A DNA stretch of 64,000 bases from Coraliomargarita sp. (GTDB lineage Bacteria; Verrucomicrobiota; Verrucomicrobiia; Opitutales; Coraliomargaritaceae), in the NCBI GenBank assembly GCA_965216325.1, contig OZ244160.1:1024001-1088000 (forward strand), given 5' to 3'. Positions 32,635 through 44,262 of this stretch are shown piece by piece. The notes under the pieces were generated by a model that searched no databases, was not told the origin of the DNA, and saw nothing but the letters and a program-made list of their open reading frames with translations. The translations under genes were made by a program, and so were the position numbers. Within the stretch, counting starts at the first letter, position 1; every line of letters starts with the position of its first letter.

Positions 32635-34284
32635 TTACTCAGCCGCTTCAGGAGCTTGAGCTGAGGCTGGCATGCCTTGCATGACCAATTCATTGGCAAC
32701 CGATTGCGAGCTGATGTAGGCAGAGTAATTCTTGAGCCAGCTTTCGGCTTGAGTGAAGTCATCATTGTCATCGCTGATCTCAGGAATTTCCTTTGTCACA
32801 ACGTAAATAAAGAGACCTTCGTCACCGCTGCGAAGCATGTCGGATAGTTCACCTGCATCCATATTTTGAGCCTGTTGTAGTGCAGTGCGGTTTAGGCCGC
32901 TTGGTGCGTCACTGGCTTGGAAGCTCTCGAACTGTGCGACAGTCAGGCCAAGCGCTTCAGCGACCTCCTTGAAACTGCTGCCTTCAGCAAGCTTCGCGCT
33001 CAGTTCAGCCTTCAGAGATTCACCGTGTTCGTTGAAGAGTCGGCGTTTTTCTTCGCTTAGGTAAGCAGCTTTAACTTCTGCGGCAACCGACTCATACGCA
33101 GGTAGCTCCGGTGCGATACGATCCTGGAAGATCAGGATGGCATACCCCCCCGGAACCGCATAGGCGTCAGAGTAGTAGCGCTGTTCGTTTAAATCGAATG
33201 CGGATTGCAGCATCTGTGGAGACAGTGCACGCTGAGCTGCTCCGGTTGCGGTAAATGGCTCAATCTTAGTCAGGCTCAAACCTCCTTCGTTGAGTAGACT
33301 ATTGAAGGTCGCAGAGTCCCGCTCGATAGCTTGATCGTAGAGACGGTATGCAAACTCGCTTGCAGCTGTGTTTGCTTTAGTCTCTGCTTCAACAATTTGG
33401 TAAGCCTTCTTAACTGCGTCTTTAACCAGTTCAAAAGTAACGGCTGGCGTTTCTTCGCCCTCCGCTGGTTCAGGCAAAGTTGCCTCGTACTCACTGACGA
33501 AGCGGGTACGGTTCTGCACGAAGTGTTCACGCAGGGATGCTTCATCAATTTCTGCCTCCGCATCCACATAGTTTTCTGTGTCGAATTGGATATAGCTGGC
33601 AACGATACGTGCTGGAATTTCGTAGCTTTGCTTGTTGGCTTCGAAGTAGGCCTTGAGTGCCGCTTCATCTGGGGCGCTTTCCGGAGTAAACTCACTGAAA
33701 GAAAGGGATGCAGTTGCTAGCTCGTAGCTGGTTTGGTTGCGTTGTGTTTGAACGCGAGCTTCAGCAGGAAGCACGTAGCCTGGTCCTGAGAGCACGCTAG
33801 TCACCTGATCAATGCGGTAGTCTTCTTCCATCGTCGTGATGAAAAGGCCGGATGGGATGCCTGGGTTCGATTCAATGTTGTCAGTGAACGTTGTGTAGGC
33901 ATCGATGCTGAATTTGCCGTCAGAGCCGATGAAGTTGCGCTTTGTCTTGAGATATTCGGCGAGCGTATCCTGGTCCGGAGTCGGCACACCAATCTTGTCG
34001 GCAAGGTGCACCAGAGCAATGCGCTGCAGCACCTGCTCGTTACTACGAAGGGGAATACCGCTAACTTGGCTACTCATGTAAGCTTTTTGCTGAATGAGCT
34101 CCATATCGCGCTTGGAATTGAGGTCGTAGCCGTAGAATTCCTGCTCTTGGTAATAGCTAGTATTCGTCGTGCACCCCGGAGTATTACCGATGGTAAATAC
34201 GAAGGCGACGATGATGACAGTGAGCAAGCAGATGAATATCCAGCGCCCGTGGCGGATGAGGTGGTTTTGAATCCAAGAAATCAT
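32635..34284 (-). CDS. PpiD/SurA-like membrane-anchored periplasmic chaperone
   Basis: N-terminal TM anchor, SurA_N-like region, repeated parvulin-like segments (LKAYFEANKQSY, FKEVAEALGL). Confidence 0.75.
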   Translation of the reverse strand: MISWIQNHLIRHGRWIFICLLTVIIVAFVFTIGNTPGCTTNTSYYQEQEFYGYDLNSKRDMELIQQKAYMSSQVSGIPLRSNEQVLQRIALVHLADKIGVPTPDQDTLAEYLKTKRNFIGSDGKFSIDAYTTFTDNIESNPGIPSGLFITTMEEDYRIDQVTSVLSGPGYVLPAEARVQTQRNQTSYELATASLSFSEFTPESAPDEAALKAYFEANKQSYEIPARIVASYIQFDTENYVDAEAEIDEASLREHFVQNRTRFVSEYEATLPEPAEGEETPAVTFELVKDAVKKAYQIVEAETKANTAASEFAYRLYDQAIERDSATFNSLLNEGGLSLTKIEPFTATGAAQRALSPQMLQSAFDLNEQRYYSDAYAVPGGYAILIFQDRIAPELPAYESVAAEVKAAYLSEEKRRLFNEHGESLKAELSAKLAEGSSFKEVAEALGLTVAQFESFQASDAPSGLNRTALQQAQNMDAGELSDMLRSGDEGLFIYVVTKEIPEISDDNDDFTQAESWLKNYSAYISSQSVANELVMQGMPASAQAPEAAE

Positions 34285-34401
34285 TGAATAAGCTGAGGAA
34301 TTTGCAAAACGGAGCAGGCTAGGAGTGCGCCCCCACCTGTCAACTCATTGCTTGCCCCTCAAAACGCTTTTCCTGTAGTGCTTAATCCAGCTGCGAGTGA
34401 G

Positions 34402-35841
34402 CTATTTACTCAGGATCAAATCCGAGATGCGCTGATCGGCTGCAACATTCTCCTTGAGACTCAGAATCTCGTTCAAATAGGTGCTGATTCCCGGATGCGC
34501 CTTCGCTAGCAATTCGGCTCCCTCATTATTGCCATAGCACTCAAAATCCTGTTTAAACTTCTTCAGCGTAATGGATTCCATCGGGCGACCTGGCTGATAC
34601 GCTCGGTCGCGCAAGTCTTCGGTGGTGCTGCCTCCAACGGGGTAGAGATAGCCGAGGTCGCAAAGCCTATTTAGGCTGATATTCAAGATATGGCTGGGGA
34701 CACGAAGTGTCTGGTGTAACTCACTGGACCGGATGGGGTCGATGCCGTTCTGGAAGCGCTGTGCGACGAGTAGCATGACTCCCAGCGATACGACCTCACG
34801 GCTGCGTTGGCTCGTTTTCTGCCAGGCATTCTCGTTGGTCAGGAAGTCGGCATTTTGAACCGCATAAGTGATCTGACCGCCGAGCAGAATTAACAGCCAA
34901 AAGATATACAGACCTAGCATCAGAATGATAATAATCCCGACCGACCCGTAGAGGCTGTTGGTATCGATGACGCGTTGGACATAGAGGAAGGATAGCCAAT
35001 TGTAGACATGCAGCAGGAAGACGACAATAAAGGCGCCGATGAAGGCAGGCTGCCATTTTACCTGAATATTGGGAATGAAGCGGAAAAAGACAGCCAACAG
35101 CACCACGACCATAGAAAACACCAGAATCGGCGATGAATAGCGAATCAACGCGGAAATCAGGTCCCCAAAGGGCAACTGCTCAACAAAGGATACGACTGTC
35201 AATGTTGCAGATGCGACACCCAGCACGGCGCCCATGCTGATAAAGGTCCAATAGACGACAATACGTTCCGACCACTTTCGGCCCTGATCGACTCCCCAAA
35301 GTGTATTGAACGAGCCTTCAATCGAACTGAGCACTTGGATTCCGATGAAAAATAGCATTGCGAGTCCGACGAAGCCGACCCCCGACTGGGCCGATTGACT
35401 AAAGCCCTGTATCATTTGGTAGATCTCTGGATTCAGTTCGGCCGTTCCATTCTCCGGACCGTCGACGTCTAGAGCGACTTGTGGGGCAACAAACTCAATG
35501 ACCTGAGTGATTCCTGCGATTACTTTTTCTTCGCTGCCTTTTTCGATCGCGAAGCCGGACAGCATGATCGCCAAAGCGATGAGCGGACCGATCCCAATCA
35601 GCGAATAAAAGGTCAAGGCAGCCGCCTGGACGGGTATCTTGTTTCGCCGAAGCCCTTGCCAAGTCAGTGTGAGGACACGTAAAAGCAAATAGACTCGTGC
35701 CCGAATCGTTCTCCGGCCCAAGTGTTCTAGCTCCCAGATATCCTTGCCGAGTAATTCTTGCGCGTGATCGATCGGTTCACGCAAGCGCTCCAAGAGAGGA
35801 GCAGTCTGCTTGGCATTAGACTGTTCGTGGTCTTTGCTCAA
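34402..35841 (-). CDS. YihY/BrkB-family membrane protein with C-terminal HTH-like domain
   Basis: [33 protein letters not shown]. Confidence 0.88.
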   Translation of the reverse strand: MSKDHEQSNAKQTAPLLERLREPIDHAQELLGKDIWELEHLGRRTIRARVYLLLRVLTLTWQGLRRNKIPVQAAALTFYSLIGIGPLIALAIMLSGFAIEKGSEEKVIAGITQVIEFVAPQVALDVDGPENGTAELNPEIYQMIQGFSQSAQSGVGFVGLAMLFFIGIQVLSSIEGSFNTLWGVDQGRKWSERIVVYWTFISMGAVLGVASATLTVVSFVEQLPFGDLISALIRYSSPILVFSMVVVLLAVFFRFIPNIQVKWQPAFIGAFIVVFLLHVYNWLSFLYVQRVIDTNSLYGSVGIIIILMLGLYIFWLLILLGGQITYAVQNADFLTNENAWQKTSQRSREVVSLGVMLLVAQRFQNGIDPIRSSELHQTLRVPSHILNISLNRLCDLGYLYPVGGSTTEDLRDRAYQPGRPMESITLKKFKQDFECYGNNEGAELLAKAHPGISTYLNEILSLKENVAADQRISDLILSK

Positions 35842-35858
35842 AGTGGCTGAATTAAGTG

Positions 35859-36674
35859 TTACCCTGCGACAATTGACAGTTTAGCATTGTCGTAGAATTC
35901 CGAGAATTCGCCAGATAGGGCGAGGTAACAGATATATCCGTGCCCGCCTAGCCCCATCAGAATCGCAGCCAGCATTAGAGACAAACGCTGGGAGATTGTG
36001 CCCAAAAATAGACCGAAGCTGCCGAGGCCCCATGCGAGCATCAATATCGGCATGCCCATGGACCAGCCGACATACATGCCAAAGCCAACGCCAAATGCCG
36101 CACGTGCGCGTGCAACAGGGTAGATGTCGGTTACAGAGAGAAAGAGGAAAATAGCGATCAACAGATCAAAGGCTCCGAGCATGAGAAAGGGGTAGTTTAT
36201 GATCCCTCCCATGTCTTGATTGCTCATCATCGCTGAAATGCTCTTCATGTGCGGGATGATCAGAGCTAAGGCTGATGCCAGAGCGACCACGCCGAGGCCG
36301 GTGCTTGCGATGGAGGCAGCCCGATTCAGACTTTTTTCGGCATGCTTGAGGTGTCTGGTTTCCGGAGTGTCCGCTTCGGCTGCTGCCAGCATGTCTACGA
36401 CGTTAATGTCGGTAAATTCGTCATCGCCGCCAACCCCCTCTGCTTGTTGGCCCGCATTAATGTCTACCTTCAGCTCAATCTTTTTCTTGGTCGGAAACAC
36501 TTGTTCCTTCAACTCTTCGTTCAGTGCAATCGGCACCCATTCTTCTTTCTCTTCGTCAAAGTAGAGCGTATTCTCCGAAATCTGCCCGGCCTCAGCCAGT
36601 GTTTGTAGTTTCGGAATATTGAAAGGGCCACGCGATTCTGCGTTCTCTGGTGTGCGGATGTAGTAGTCAGGCAT
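35859..36674 (-). CDS. GYF_2-like domain membrane protein
   Basis: N-terminal YYIR...RGPF...LAEAGQI...W, acidic linker, C-terminal TM helices; start placed at ATG 36674. Confidence 0.7.
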   Translation of the reverse strand: MPDYYIRTPENAESRGPFNIPKLQTLAEAGQISENTLYFDEEKEEWVPIALNEELKEQVFPTKKKIELKVDINAGQQAEGVGGDDEFTDINVVDMLAAAEADTPETRHLKHAEKSLNRAASIASTGLGVVALASALALIIPHMKSISAMMSNQDMGGIINYPFLMLGAFDLLIAIFLFLSVTDIYPVARARAAFGVGFGMYVGWSMGMPILMLAWGLGSFGLFLGTISQRLSLMLAAILMGLGGHGYICYLALSGEFSEFYDNAKLSIVAG

Positions 36675-36754
36675 AGCTAAGGTTGGAAAGTAACGGATTT
36701 GATTTATGCCTATTTTTGCTCCGTTCAGCAAGCGTATTTGCCTATTAATAAAGG

Positions 36755-37627
36755 CTAAGCGAGGATTTGGTGAATCATGGCCTGTGCCTGTTGCTGATAG
36801 GAGCCGCCAAACTGATTCGCATGATTTAGTATGTGATACAGATTATAGATGGGCTTACGTTCTTGGTAGCCCTCGCTTAGGGGCCATGCGTCTTGATAGC
36901 TACGGTAGAACTCAGGCGAAAAGCCACCAAACAACTCAGAAAATGCTAAATCAGCTTCCCTGTCTCCGTAATAACAGGCTGGGTCAAATATGACAGGCTC
37001 ACCACCTGTAGTAACACTTACATTGCCTGACCATAAGTCTCCGTGGAGTAGGGATGGCCGACAAACACGCTGCTCAAGTTTAGAATGCACCACGCTCAGT
37101 AGGGTATCTCTTTGTTTGAAACGTAAGCCCTGTTGCTCAGCCAGTGCGAATTGAACCCCGAGTCGGTGTTCGCTAAAGAAATCCGCCCAGAGGGGACTCG
37201 GTGTGTTAATTTGCGGGGAGCTGCCAATTGCGTTATGATGCTGCCAACCGAACAGCGGTTGAGTCTGCCTGTGTAAGGCTGCCAACTGTTCTCCAAGGCA
37301 AGTCCATGATTGCGGAGTGTGGGTGCCGAACTCCAGAGCCTCAAGAATCAAGTATGCTTGCTCGCGGTAGGTTCCATGAGCGATTGGCTGCGGAGTTCGA
37401 ATCGTTTCTGTCGCACTGATTTCGCTCAGCGCCCTCGACTCACAGATAAACGTGTCCAAAACGTCACGGTCGTTCAGCTTAACAAAGTAACTCCGTGTGG
37501 CCCCCTTCAGCAGGTAGGCCTCATTGATGCAACCGCCATCGCATGATTGAACATCTATTAACGTAAACGCTTGATGCGTGCTCTGTTCGATTTGCTCGGA
37601 GAGCAAAGATCGCAACTGCTTATTCAT
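36755..37627 (-). CDS. Fructosamine kinase family protein
   Basis: [37 protein letters not shown]. Confidence 0.93.
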   Translation of the reverse strand: MNKQLRSLLSEQIEQSTHQAFTLIDVQSCDGGCINEAYLLKGATRSYFVKLNDRDVLDTFICESRALSEISATETIRTPQPIAHGTYREQAYLILEALEFGTHTPQSWTCLGEQLAALHRQTQPLFGWQHHNAIGSSPQINTPSPLWADFFSEHRLGVQFALAEQQGLRFKQRDTLLSVVHSKLEQRVCRPSLLHGDLWSGNVSVTTGGEPVIFDPACYYGDREADLAFSELFGGFSPEFYRSYQDAWPLSEGYQERKPIYNLYHILNHANQFGGSYQQQAQAMIHQILA

Positions 37628-38096
37628 TTTGCGCTGGACGCAATTCCTCAAGTAAGTTCGCGCAACCGTCCTCAATCAGGTCAAGGACATGCTCGAAGCC
37701 CCGATCGCCTCCGTAGTAGGGGTCTGGAACCTCTATATCCGAATGTTTGCTACAATATTTGCAAAACAACTTGATCCGGTCGTGAAACTGGCCAGCGGGG
37801 TCGAGACTCTTTGCTCCTTTGAGGTTATCACAATCCATCGCCAAGATCAGGTCATAATAGGATAAGTCCTTGGGCTTAAGTTGGCGCGACCGACCAATGA
37901 TGGGGATGCCTCGACCGCTCATTGCGCTTTGCATCCGGTTGTCAGGCGGTTCCCCAATATGAAATCCTATGGTGCCAGCGGATTCGATTTCAAAGTGATC
38001 GCTAAGCCCGGCTTGATCAACGAGATGCTGAAGCACGCAATGCGCTGCGGGTGATCGGCAAATATTACCCATACAAAGGAATAGAATTTTATTCAT
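37620..38096 (-). CDS. Low-molecular-weight protein-tyrosine phosphatase
   Basis: CMGNICRS P-loop, VPDPYYG. Confidence 0.95.
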   Translation of the reverse strand: MNKILFLCMGNICRSPAAHCVLQHLVDQAGLSDHFEIESAGTIGFHIGEPPDNRMQSAMSGRGIPIIGRSRQLKPKDLSYYDLILAMDCDNLKGAKSLDPAGQFHDRIKLFCKYCSKHSDIEVPDPYYGGDRGFEHVLDLIEDGCANLLEELRPAQNE

Positions 38097-38106
38097 ATTA
38101 TAGTGC

Positions 38107-39090
38107 TCAATCTGGGTGTGCTGCGATGTGCTCGGCTGCAACACGTTCGAGGTCGTCTATTTGCACAACTGTGCCAAGCGCGCCTCGAATCTTACGAGAA
38201 CCGGTCATGCCTTTGGTCAGCGCGATAAACTTTGGTCGCATCCAGCGCAGGTCGCTGTGACGCTCCTGTCTAAATGGACGATCCATTATGCCGCGTGTAT
38301 ACTCAATGATTGTTTCCCAGCGTTCCGCTATGGTTGGTGGCTCCGGAATGACTCCGTGTGCCAAATAGTGCTTGATATCCCTAAAAATCCACGGATAGCC
38401 CAGTGCAGCACGTCCAATCATCAGCCCCGAGCAACCGGTCTTTGCGCGAACATCGATGACATCTGCAGCACTGCGGATATTGCCGTTCCCAACGACCGGA
38501 ATAGTCAGTTCCTCTGCAACTTCGGCGATAATCGGCCAATTCGCCTCACCTCGGTAGCCTTGCACCTTGGTGCGGCCATGAATTGCAAGTGCCTGTGCAC
38601 CTTCCGATTCAACAATATGCCCGACTTCACGCGCCACAATCGTATCATCATCCCATCCTGTGCGGATCTTCACCGTAACTGGAACCTCCGGAATCGCCTT
38701 AATCACTGCCCCTGTTACTTGGCCTAGCTTTTGTGGGTTGCGCAGCATCGAGGAGCCGGCGTCCATGCATATTACGCGCTCCGCCGGGCAACCAAAGTTA
38801 ATGTCGATGAAGTCCGGCGACATGCGGTCCACGATCAATCGAGCAGCCTGGCCCATGGTTTCTGGGTTGGAGCCAAAAATTTGCACTCCCATGGGGCGCT
38901 GCTCCTCGGTAAAATCGACAGTTTCCCAGAGGCGGTCGTCGCCGCGAACAATTGCATCGGCCTGCACGAACTCGGTAACCATCACGTCCGCCCCCTGTTC
39001 CTTGCAGAACTGGCGGAATATGATGTCTGTAAAACGGGCCATCGGCGCTAAATAGAGCGGAAATTGACCTTTTTGGAACCAAGGAAGCAT
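38107..39090 (-). CDS. dusB: tRNA-dihydrouridine synthase (DusB-like)
   Basis: [32 protein letters not shown]. Confidence 0.9.
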   Translation of the reverse strand: MLPWFQKGQFPLYLAPMARFTDIIFRQFCKEQGADVMVTEFVQADAIVRGDDRLWETVDFTEEQRPMGVQIFGSNPETMGQAARLIVDRMSPDFIDINFGCPAERVICMDAGSSMLRNPQKLGQVTGAVIKAIPEVPVTVKIRTGWDDDTIVAREVGHIVESEGAQALAIHGRTKVQGYRGEANWPIIAEVAEELTIPVVGNGNIRSAADVIDVRAKTGCSGLMIGRAALGYPWIFRDIKHYLAHGVIPEPPTIAERWETIIEYTRGIMDRPFRQERHSDLRWMRPKFIALTKGMTGSRKIRGALGTVVQIDDLERVAAEHIAAHPD

Positions 39091-39220
39091 TTTGATGTAA
39101 AACTTGTAATATTTAGTGGAATAAAGCTGACTATTTGGGCTCTATTCTCTGGTACTTACGCTATAATTTCACACATAGATTCTAAACCAACCACATAAAC
39201 AATACTAAAACCCACTAGTT

Positions 39221-39466
39221 ATGAAGACACTAATCATCCCATTCCTCCTCGTTGCTGCTGCACTGACTGCCCAAGCAGGCTGCCCAGATGGCGCATGCGC
39301 CAAGTCCGAAAAGGCGGCTGCATGTGACAAGGCTAACAAAGCTTGCGACAAGTCCAAAAAGGCATGCGACAAGTCCAAGAAGGCTTGTGATAAGGCTGAG
39401 AAGGCTTGCGACAAGGCTGAAAAGGCTGCGGCTACCCCTAAGGCATGCTGCCCAAGCAAGGCGTAG
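39221..39466 (+). CDS. Small secreted Cys/Lys-rich heptad-repeat protein
   Basis: Signal peptide MKTLIIPFLLVAAALTAQA followed by five ACDKxxK repeats and a terminal CC. Confidence 0.85.
   Translation: MKTLIIPFLLVAAALTAQAGCPDGACAKSEKAAACDKANKACDKSKKACDKSKKACDKAEKACDKAEKAAATPKACCPSKA
39320..39424 (+). repeat. Five imperfect 21-bp coding tandem repeats
   Basis: Units of the form GCWTGYGAYAAG-KCY-RAN-AAR, varying mainly at synonymous positions. Confidence 0.9.
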
Positions 39467-39489
39467 TCCTCTGCTGGTAATTTCATCAA

Positions 39490-41007
39490 TCAGCCTCGTG
39501 TCTCATTTGAGCGCGGGGCTTTTTCACGCACGCAGTAGCCGACCCCAAAGGTCCATGCCGTGCCAATTAGGATCAACCAAGTCCAACCTAGTGGTAATAG
39601 GCCGAACTCAATGAGTCCGAGCAGCAGGCTGCACAGCACTGCTCCGCTCAGCATCGCGAACCAGTTCACGTTGTCGGATCCGCGCTTAGCCAAGATGCCC
39701 AAGAGGAAAATTCCTAGCAGTGCGCCATAGGTAATACTTCCAATTTTGAAAGTCAGCCAGAGGAAGCCGGTTGCGTCTTTCAGCGCCCAGGCGATTACCG
39801 CTAAAATCAAACCAAAGACCACCACAAAGCCACGCGAGATCCACAGATCATTTTCGGGCTTAGCTGCCGATTTGCTGGAAACGAGAGGACGATACAGATC
39901 AACCAGTGCGGTTGAACCGAGTGCGCCCATTGCGGAATCCAAACTCGACATCGCGGCGGCTAGGACACCAACCAAGAGCAAGCCTCTAAGGCCGCTAGGC
40001 AATTCATTGCCGATAAACCAAGGGAATACCTTATCGGCAGCAAGCTGGCGATTTCCATCGAGTCCCACCGTTGGTAATTCAGCTCCAGTGTGGACTTGGA
40101 AGTAGGCAAATAGTGCGATACCTACCATAAGGAAGAGGGCGGCAATCGGTAGTGAGACGAAACCACTGAGGATCACACTCCGGCGTGCGGAGCGCACATC
40201 TTTGCACGTGAGCATTCGCTGAGTGAGGTCTTGGTCGGTGCCCAAGGCAGCTGTTGTGCTGACGAAACCAAAGAGTAGGGCAATGTAGAGGATTTGCGGG
40301 TCATTGAACCATGCTGAAAGAGTATCCGTGTCTGGTTTGAATTGAAACATTTCAAAGCGCCCATGTTCCTGTCCTAAGCTGATGATTGTTCCCCAGCCAA
40401 TGCTTTGGCCAATGTAGGCCAGCACAATCAAGCCGCAACTAATGAAGACCACTGCCTGCAGCACATCGGTCCAGATAATACCACGAATACCACCACTCCC
40501 CGTATAGACGACTGCCACAAGTGTAAATACGACCAAGCAGGCCCAAAAGGGCACCCCCAGTATTAAGTGCAAGCCTGTTGCTGCGATCATTAGGCGGACT
40601 GCCGAGGCCATCAGACGCGTAACAATAAAAAAGGCAGTGGCCGTATAACGTGTGCGATCGCCAAAGCGCTTAGCCAGAAACTCATAGATCGTTAAGCTGT
40701 TGGCAGTGTAAAATGCCCCAAGGAAGATCAGTGCTACAAAAATACGCGCTAAAAACGAGCCAATACCCATTTGGAGAAAATTCATATTCTCAGTGAAGCC
40801 GACCCCGGGAGTGGCTAAGAAGGTTGCGGCACTGACTTCGGTTGCGATCAAGGAGCCCATGACTGCGAGCCATGGCATTTGGCGACTACCAGTAATGAAG
40901 TCCTCGGAATTGCCACCTTTACGGGACTGATACCAGCCGATACCGAGGACTGCACAGAGATAGGCAAGGACTATAAGAATATCGAGCGGGCTAAGCTGGG
41001 CAAACAC
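39490..41007 (-). CDS. Sodium:solute symporter family protein
   Basis: SLIATEVSAATFL, GGIRGIIWTDVLQ, DQDLTQR, AAAMSSLDS; many TM helices. Confidence 0.93.
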   Translation of the reverse strand: MFAQLSPLDILIVLAYLCAVLGIGWYQSRKGGNSEDFITGSRQMPWLAVMGSLIATEVSAATFLATPGVGFTENMNFLQMGIGSFLARIFVALIFLGAFYTANSLTIYEFLAKRFGDRTRYTATAFFIVTRLMASAVRLMIAATGLHLILGVPFWACLVVFTLVAVVYTGSGGIRGIIWTDVLQAVVFISCGLIVLAYIGQSIGWGTIISLGQEHGRFEMFQFKPDTDTLSAWFNDPQILYIALLFGFVSTTAALGTDQDLTQRMLTCKDVRSARRSVILSGFVSLPIAALFLMVGIALFAYFQVHTGAELPTVGLDGNRQLAADKVFPWFIGNELPSGLRGLLLVGVLAAAMSSLDSAMGALGSTALVDLYRPLVSSKSAAKPENDLWISRGFVVVFGLILAVIAWALKDATGFLWLTFKIGSITYGALLGIFLLGILAKRGSDNVNWFAMLSGAVLCSLLLGLIEFGLLPLGWTWLILIGTAWTFGVGYCVREKAPRSNETRG

Positions 41008-41115
41008 GGTTATGACACTGGATATCGTTGCCGCTTCGTCAAGGAGCCATCGTATACTTTAAGACAGCAAGCTTTCTGCTGGACAGTTGGTCTATCTCAA
41101 TAAAGATAAGTATCT

Positions 41116-41496
41116 ATGACTCGACCGATAAGCGCATTGATTGTGGACGATGAGGAGCATTTGCGACTCTACTTAAAATTGGTTCTCAAACAGGTCGGAT
41201 TCGAACAGTTCACAGAAGCCTCGAACGGTCAGGAGGCAATTGACCTCTACAAAAGGAAACCGGCAGACCTCGTGTTGATGGATGTCAACATGCCTATCAA
41301 AGAAGGGATGGAGGCACTCGAGGAAATAATCGAGTACGACCAGGATGCAGTCGTGGTAATGGCATCGTCCGTGGCCTCTCGTAAGGCGGTTGAGGCAAGC
41401 TTGGAGAAGGGCGCCTCCTATTACATTCGCAAGGATACTCCCAAGGACGAAATTATAACTATCCTAAACCGGCTTATCGGTGAGATCTGGGCCTGA
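41116..41496 (+). CDS. Single-domain response regulator (CheY-like)
   Basis: LIVDDE, DLVLMDVNMP, YIRK. Confidence 0.93.
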   Translation: MTRPISALIVDDEEHLRLYLKLVLKQVGFEQFTEASNGQEAIDLYKRKPADLVLMDVNMPIKEGMEALEEIIEYDQDAVVVMASSVASRKAVEASLEKGASYYIRKDTPKDEIITILNRLIGEIWA

Positions 41497-41506
41497 TTGA
41501 TTTTCC

Positions 41507-41707
41507 ATGACCGAAGAACATCCAGATGAGGCTAATGAGCACGGGCCACTACAAGGGCAAGTATCGGAGGTTCGCTATTCCTTACGAGAAATGATGGAGG
41601 CTGTCAAAGCGGAGCGTCGCGACTCCGCGCTCGGACGTGAATTGGTCGATACCACTGAGATCGAAAAAATGTTCAGTAACCGAATTCGGAAGAAGAAACG
41701 CTCATGA
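41507..41707 (+). CDS. Small hypothetical protein
   Basis: 66-aa ORF filling the gap between two genes; its stop overlaps the next start (ATGA). Confidence 0.65.
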   Translation: MTEEHPDEANEHGPLQGQVSEVRYSLREMMEAVKAERRDSALGRELVDTTEIEKMFSNRIRKKKRS

Positions 41708-43407
41708 GTTTGATTGTCCGCGAAGCTTTAGAGCAACATCACGTTGCAATCAGCCAGGAGGTTTATGACCTGGCCTTGCAATATAGTGACGAGGGCACAC
41801 TCGATTTGATCGAGTATATGATCGACGAGGATATCGTCCCGAAGGACGTCGGTTGCCGCATTTGGAGCACCCATATCGGCTTTGCCTATGTCGACCCAGT
41901 ATCCACAATCATTAGTAGTGACGCTATCGCCAGCTTGCCTATTGAGATTGCGCGTAAGGGGAATGTAATGCCCCTGTATGAGATTGAGGGAGCACTGACC
42001 GTCGCAATGCCGGATCCTCAGAATGAGGCACTGATCGATCGATTAGCGGCGATCACCAATAAGAAAATCAGCCCGGTTTTTTGCCTGACCCGCGAAGTTC
42101 AAGACGCCGTCGAACTTCACTATTCTACAGAGAAGAGCGTTCGTGAGCTAATTGAACAATTTGAGCGCAGTCACGGCGCGATTCTTTCCCAGATAAATCC
42201 GGAAGAACTGGCTGACCTTTCAGAGTCCGAATCAGTTTCGAATCTGTGCGACTCACTCTTGTATCTTGCGATCAAGGAAAGAGCATCGGATATCCATATC
42301 GAACCAACGGAATACCTGACTAATATTCGTTTCCGAATCGATGGTCGCCTGCAGAATCTGTTCAAGGTAAACGCCGCATTGCATAAGCCACTGATTTCAC
42401 GGATTAAGATTCTGTGTAATCTCAACATTGCGGAGTCGCGCTTTCCACAGGATGGGCGCTTTTCGATTCCACTTGGTTCCGGTCGGGTCAACATGCGTGT
42501 GTCCATACTTCCGACCACTTATGGAGAGAAGGCTGTCCTGCGCATCCTGGCTCTGACCGGAAAAAAGGACTTCAAGACCTTGGATCAGATGCTGATTTCA
42601 CAAAGTGTGTTACAACCGCTTAAGCGCGTGATCCATAGTCCAAATGGCATGGTTTTCGTGACTGGCCCAACTGGTTCGGGGAAATCGACGACACTGTATG
42701 CCTGTCTTCAAGAAATAAATACTCCGGAAGTCAACATCTGCACGATTGAAGATCCGGTTGAGATGCGGATGGATGGAGTGATTCAAAGTCAGGTTAACAC
42801 GCACATTGACCTTCATTTCTCGACTATTTTGCGTTCACTGCTGCGCCAAGATCCGGACGTCATTCTCGTGGGGGAAATTCGTGACTTGGAGACAGCAAAG
42901 ATTGCGACGGAGGCGGCCCTAACTGGACACTTGGTTTTTTCCACGCTGCACACAAACAGTGCCATTCAGGCCGTTGTCCGCTTGGTTGAAATTGGTATTG
43001 AGCCATATATGGTTGCGCCGTCAATTCAGGCAGTGATCGCACAGCGCTTAGCTGCACGTATTTGTGATAGTTGTAAGAACGCCTACACTCCGCCCACAGA
43101 AGTGCTCGCGCGATATTTTCACGATTACGACCAGTTGCCGTCTCCTGTCTTCTACCAAGGTCGCGGTTGTCCGCATTGTCGTGAAACTGGCTACCATGGG
43201 CGTATTGCCTTCCATGAAATGGTGCTCGTGTCCGATGAGATACGTTCACTTATTTCTAGCGGTGGCAGCGAGACTGCTCTTGCTAAAGCCGCCCATAAAA
43301 TGGGCTACCGACCACTCCGTTACGATGGCCTAAAAAAAGTCCTGCTCGGCTTTACCACCATTGACGAATTGGAGAAGCACGCGTCCTTCGACTGGGTTGC
43401 GGGGTAA
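41704..43407 (+). CDS. GspE/PilB-family secretion ATPase
   Basis: ASDIHIEP, PQDGR, GPTGSGKST, LRQDPDVILVGEIRD, STLHTN, CDSC...CPHC. Confidence 0.95.
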   Translation: MSLIVREALEQHHVAISQEVYDLALQYSDEGTLDLIEYMIDEDIVPKDVGCRIWSTHIGFAYVDPVSTIISSDAIASLPIEIARKGNVMPLYEIEGALTVAMPDPQNEALIDRLAAITNKKISPVFCLTREVQDAVELHYSTEKSVRELIEQFERSHGAILSQINPEELADLSESESVSNLCDSLLYLAIKERASDIHIEPTEYLTNIRFRIDGRLQNLFKVNAALHKPLISRIKILCNLNIAESRFPQDGRFSIPLGSGRVNMRVSILPTTYGEKAVLRILALTGKKDFKTLDQMLISQSVLQPLKRVIHSPNGMVFVTGPTGSGKSTTLYACLQEINTPEVNICTIEDPVEMRMDGVIQSQVNTHIDLHFSTILRSLLRQDPDVILVGEIRDLETAKIATEAALTGHLVFSTLHTNSAIQAVVRLVEIGIEPYMVAPSIQAVIAQRLAARICDSCKNAYTPPTEVLARYFHDYDQLPSPVFYQGRGCPHCRETGYHGRIAFHEMVLVSDEIRSLISSGGSETALAKAAHKMGYRPLRYDGLKKVLLGFTTIDELEKHASFDWVAG

Positions 43408-43410
43408 TCG

Positions 43411-44259
43411 TCAGTTGCTTGAATCTACAAGCTGAATGCCTCCGTCTACAAATTCGATGCTACGCTGTTTGTAAAGGGCACCAAGAGCTTGCTTAAAGGC
43501 TTTCTTTGAGCAGTCGAACGCGTCGCGAATCGACTCCGGGCTGCTACGATCATTGAAGGGCAATGAGCCGCCTGCATCGTTGAGTGCCTTTAGGATTTGA
43601 TCGGTCAGCGGTCCTACCCGGTCATAACCGGATGGGTCACGGCGCAGGTCGATTTTGCCTCCGGCACGAACTTTCTTGATGTAACCGGTAAATTGATCGC
43701 CTGGTTCCAGTTTGTCTGAGGTTTCCGAGTAGAAGAGAAGGCCGCGGTGCTTGCGATCAACGATCGCCTTATAGCCCAAGGGCGACTCAGCATAGACCAG
43801 CACATCGACCGGTTGGTTCGGCTTGTAGTCCGGTTTGGTTTCGCTCAGGTGTCGATGCAGACGCGTCGATGCAACGATTCGATCGGTATATTCATCCAAG
43901 TAGACGGCAACAATCACACCATCACCTTTGCGTAAGTGCAGGTCACCTTGCTCGCGATAGGGAAGTAAAAGGTCTTTGCTGAGCCCCCAGTCCAGAAAGG
44001 CGCCGACGTTAGCTTTTACATCCAGCACTTCGAGATAGGCGAACTCACCAACCTGTGCGAAGGGTTTTTCGGTGGTCGCGACTAATCGGTCTTCGGAGTC
44101 GTTGTAGAGAAAGACCTCGATCTCTTCGCCAATTGCCATTTCCGACGTGACATAGCGGTTCGGGAGGAGAATATTGTCACGACCTTCACCATCTAAATAC
44201 AGGCCGTGCTCCGACTCTTCAACTATTCGTAGTCGATTGAATTTACCGATCTCAGCCAT
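43411..44259 (-). CDS. CvfB-family S1 RNA-binding protein
   Basis: [29 protein letters not shown]. Confidence 0.9.
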   Translation of the reverse strand: MAEIGKFNRLRIVEESEHGLYLDGEGRDNILLPNRYVTSEMAIGEEIEVFLYNDSEDRLVATTEKPFAQVGEFAYLEVLDVKANVGAFLDWGLSKDLLLPYREQGDLHLRKGDGVIVAVYLDEYTDRIVASTRLHRHLSETKPDYKPNQPVDVLVYAESPLGYKAIVDRKHRGLLFYSETSDKLEPGDQFTGYIKKVRAGGKIDLRRDPSGYDRVGPLTDQILKALNDAGGSLPFNDRSSPESIRDAFDCSKKAFKQALGALYKQRSIEFVDGGIQLVDSSN

Positions 44260-44262
44260 CTG

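Noticed and set aside
37620..38096. LMW phosphatase as the YwlE-type arginine phosphatase partner of McsB
   Set aside because: The P-loop is CMGNICRS (Tyr-phosphatase type) rather than the CTGNTCRS of YwlE, and it is not linked to mcsB
39320..39424. 21-bp tandem repeats as a CRISPR array
   Set aside because: No spacers, in-frame coding repeats, and no cas genes
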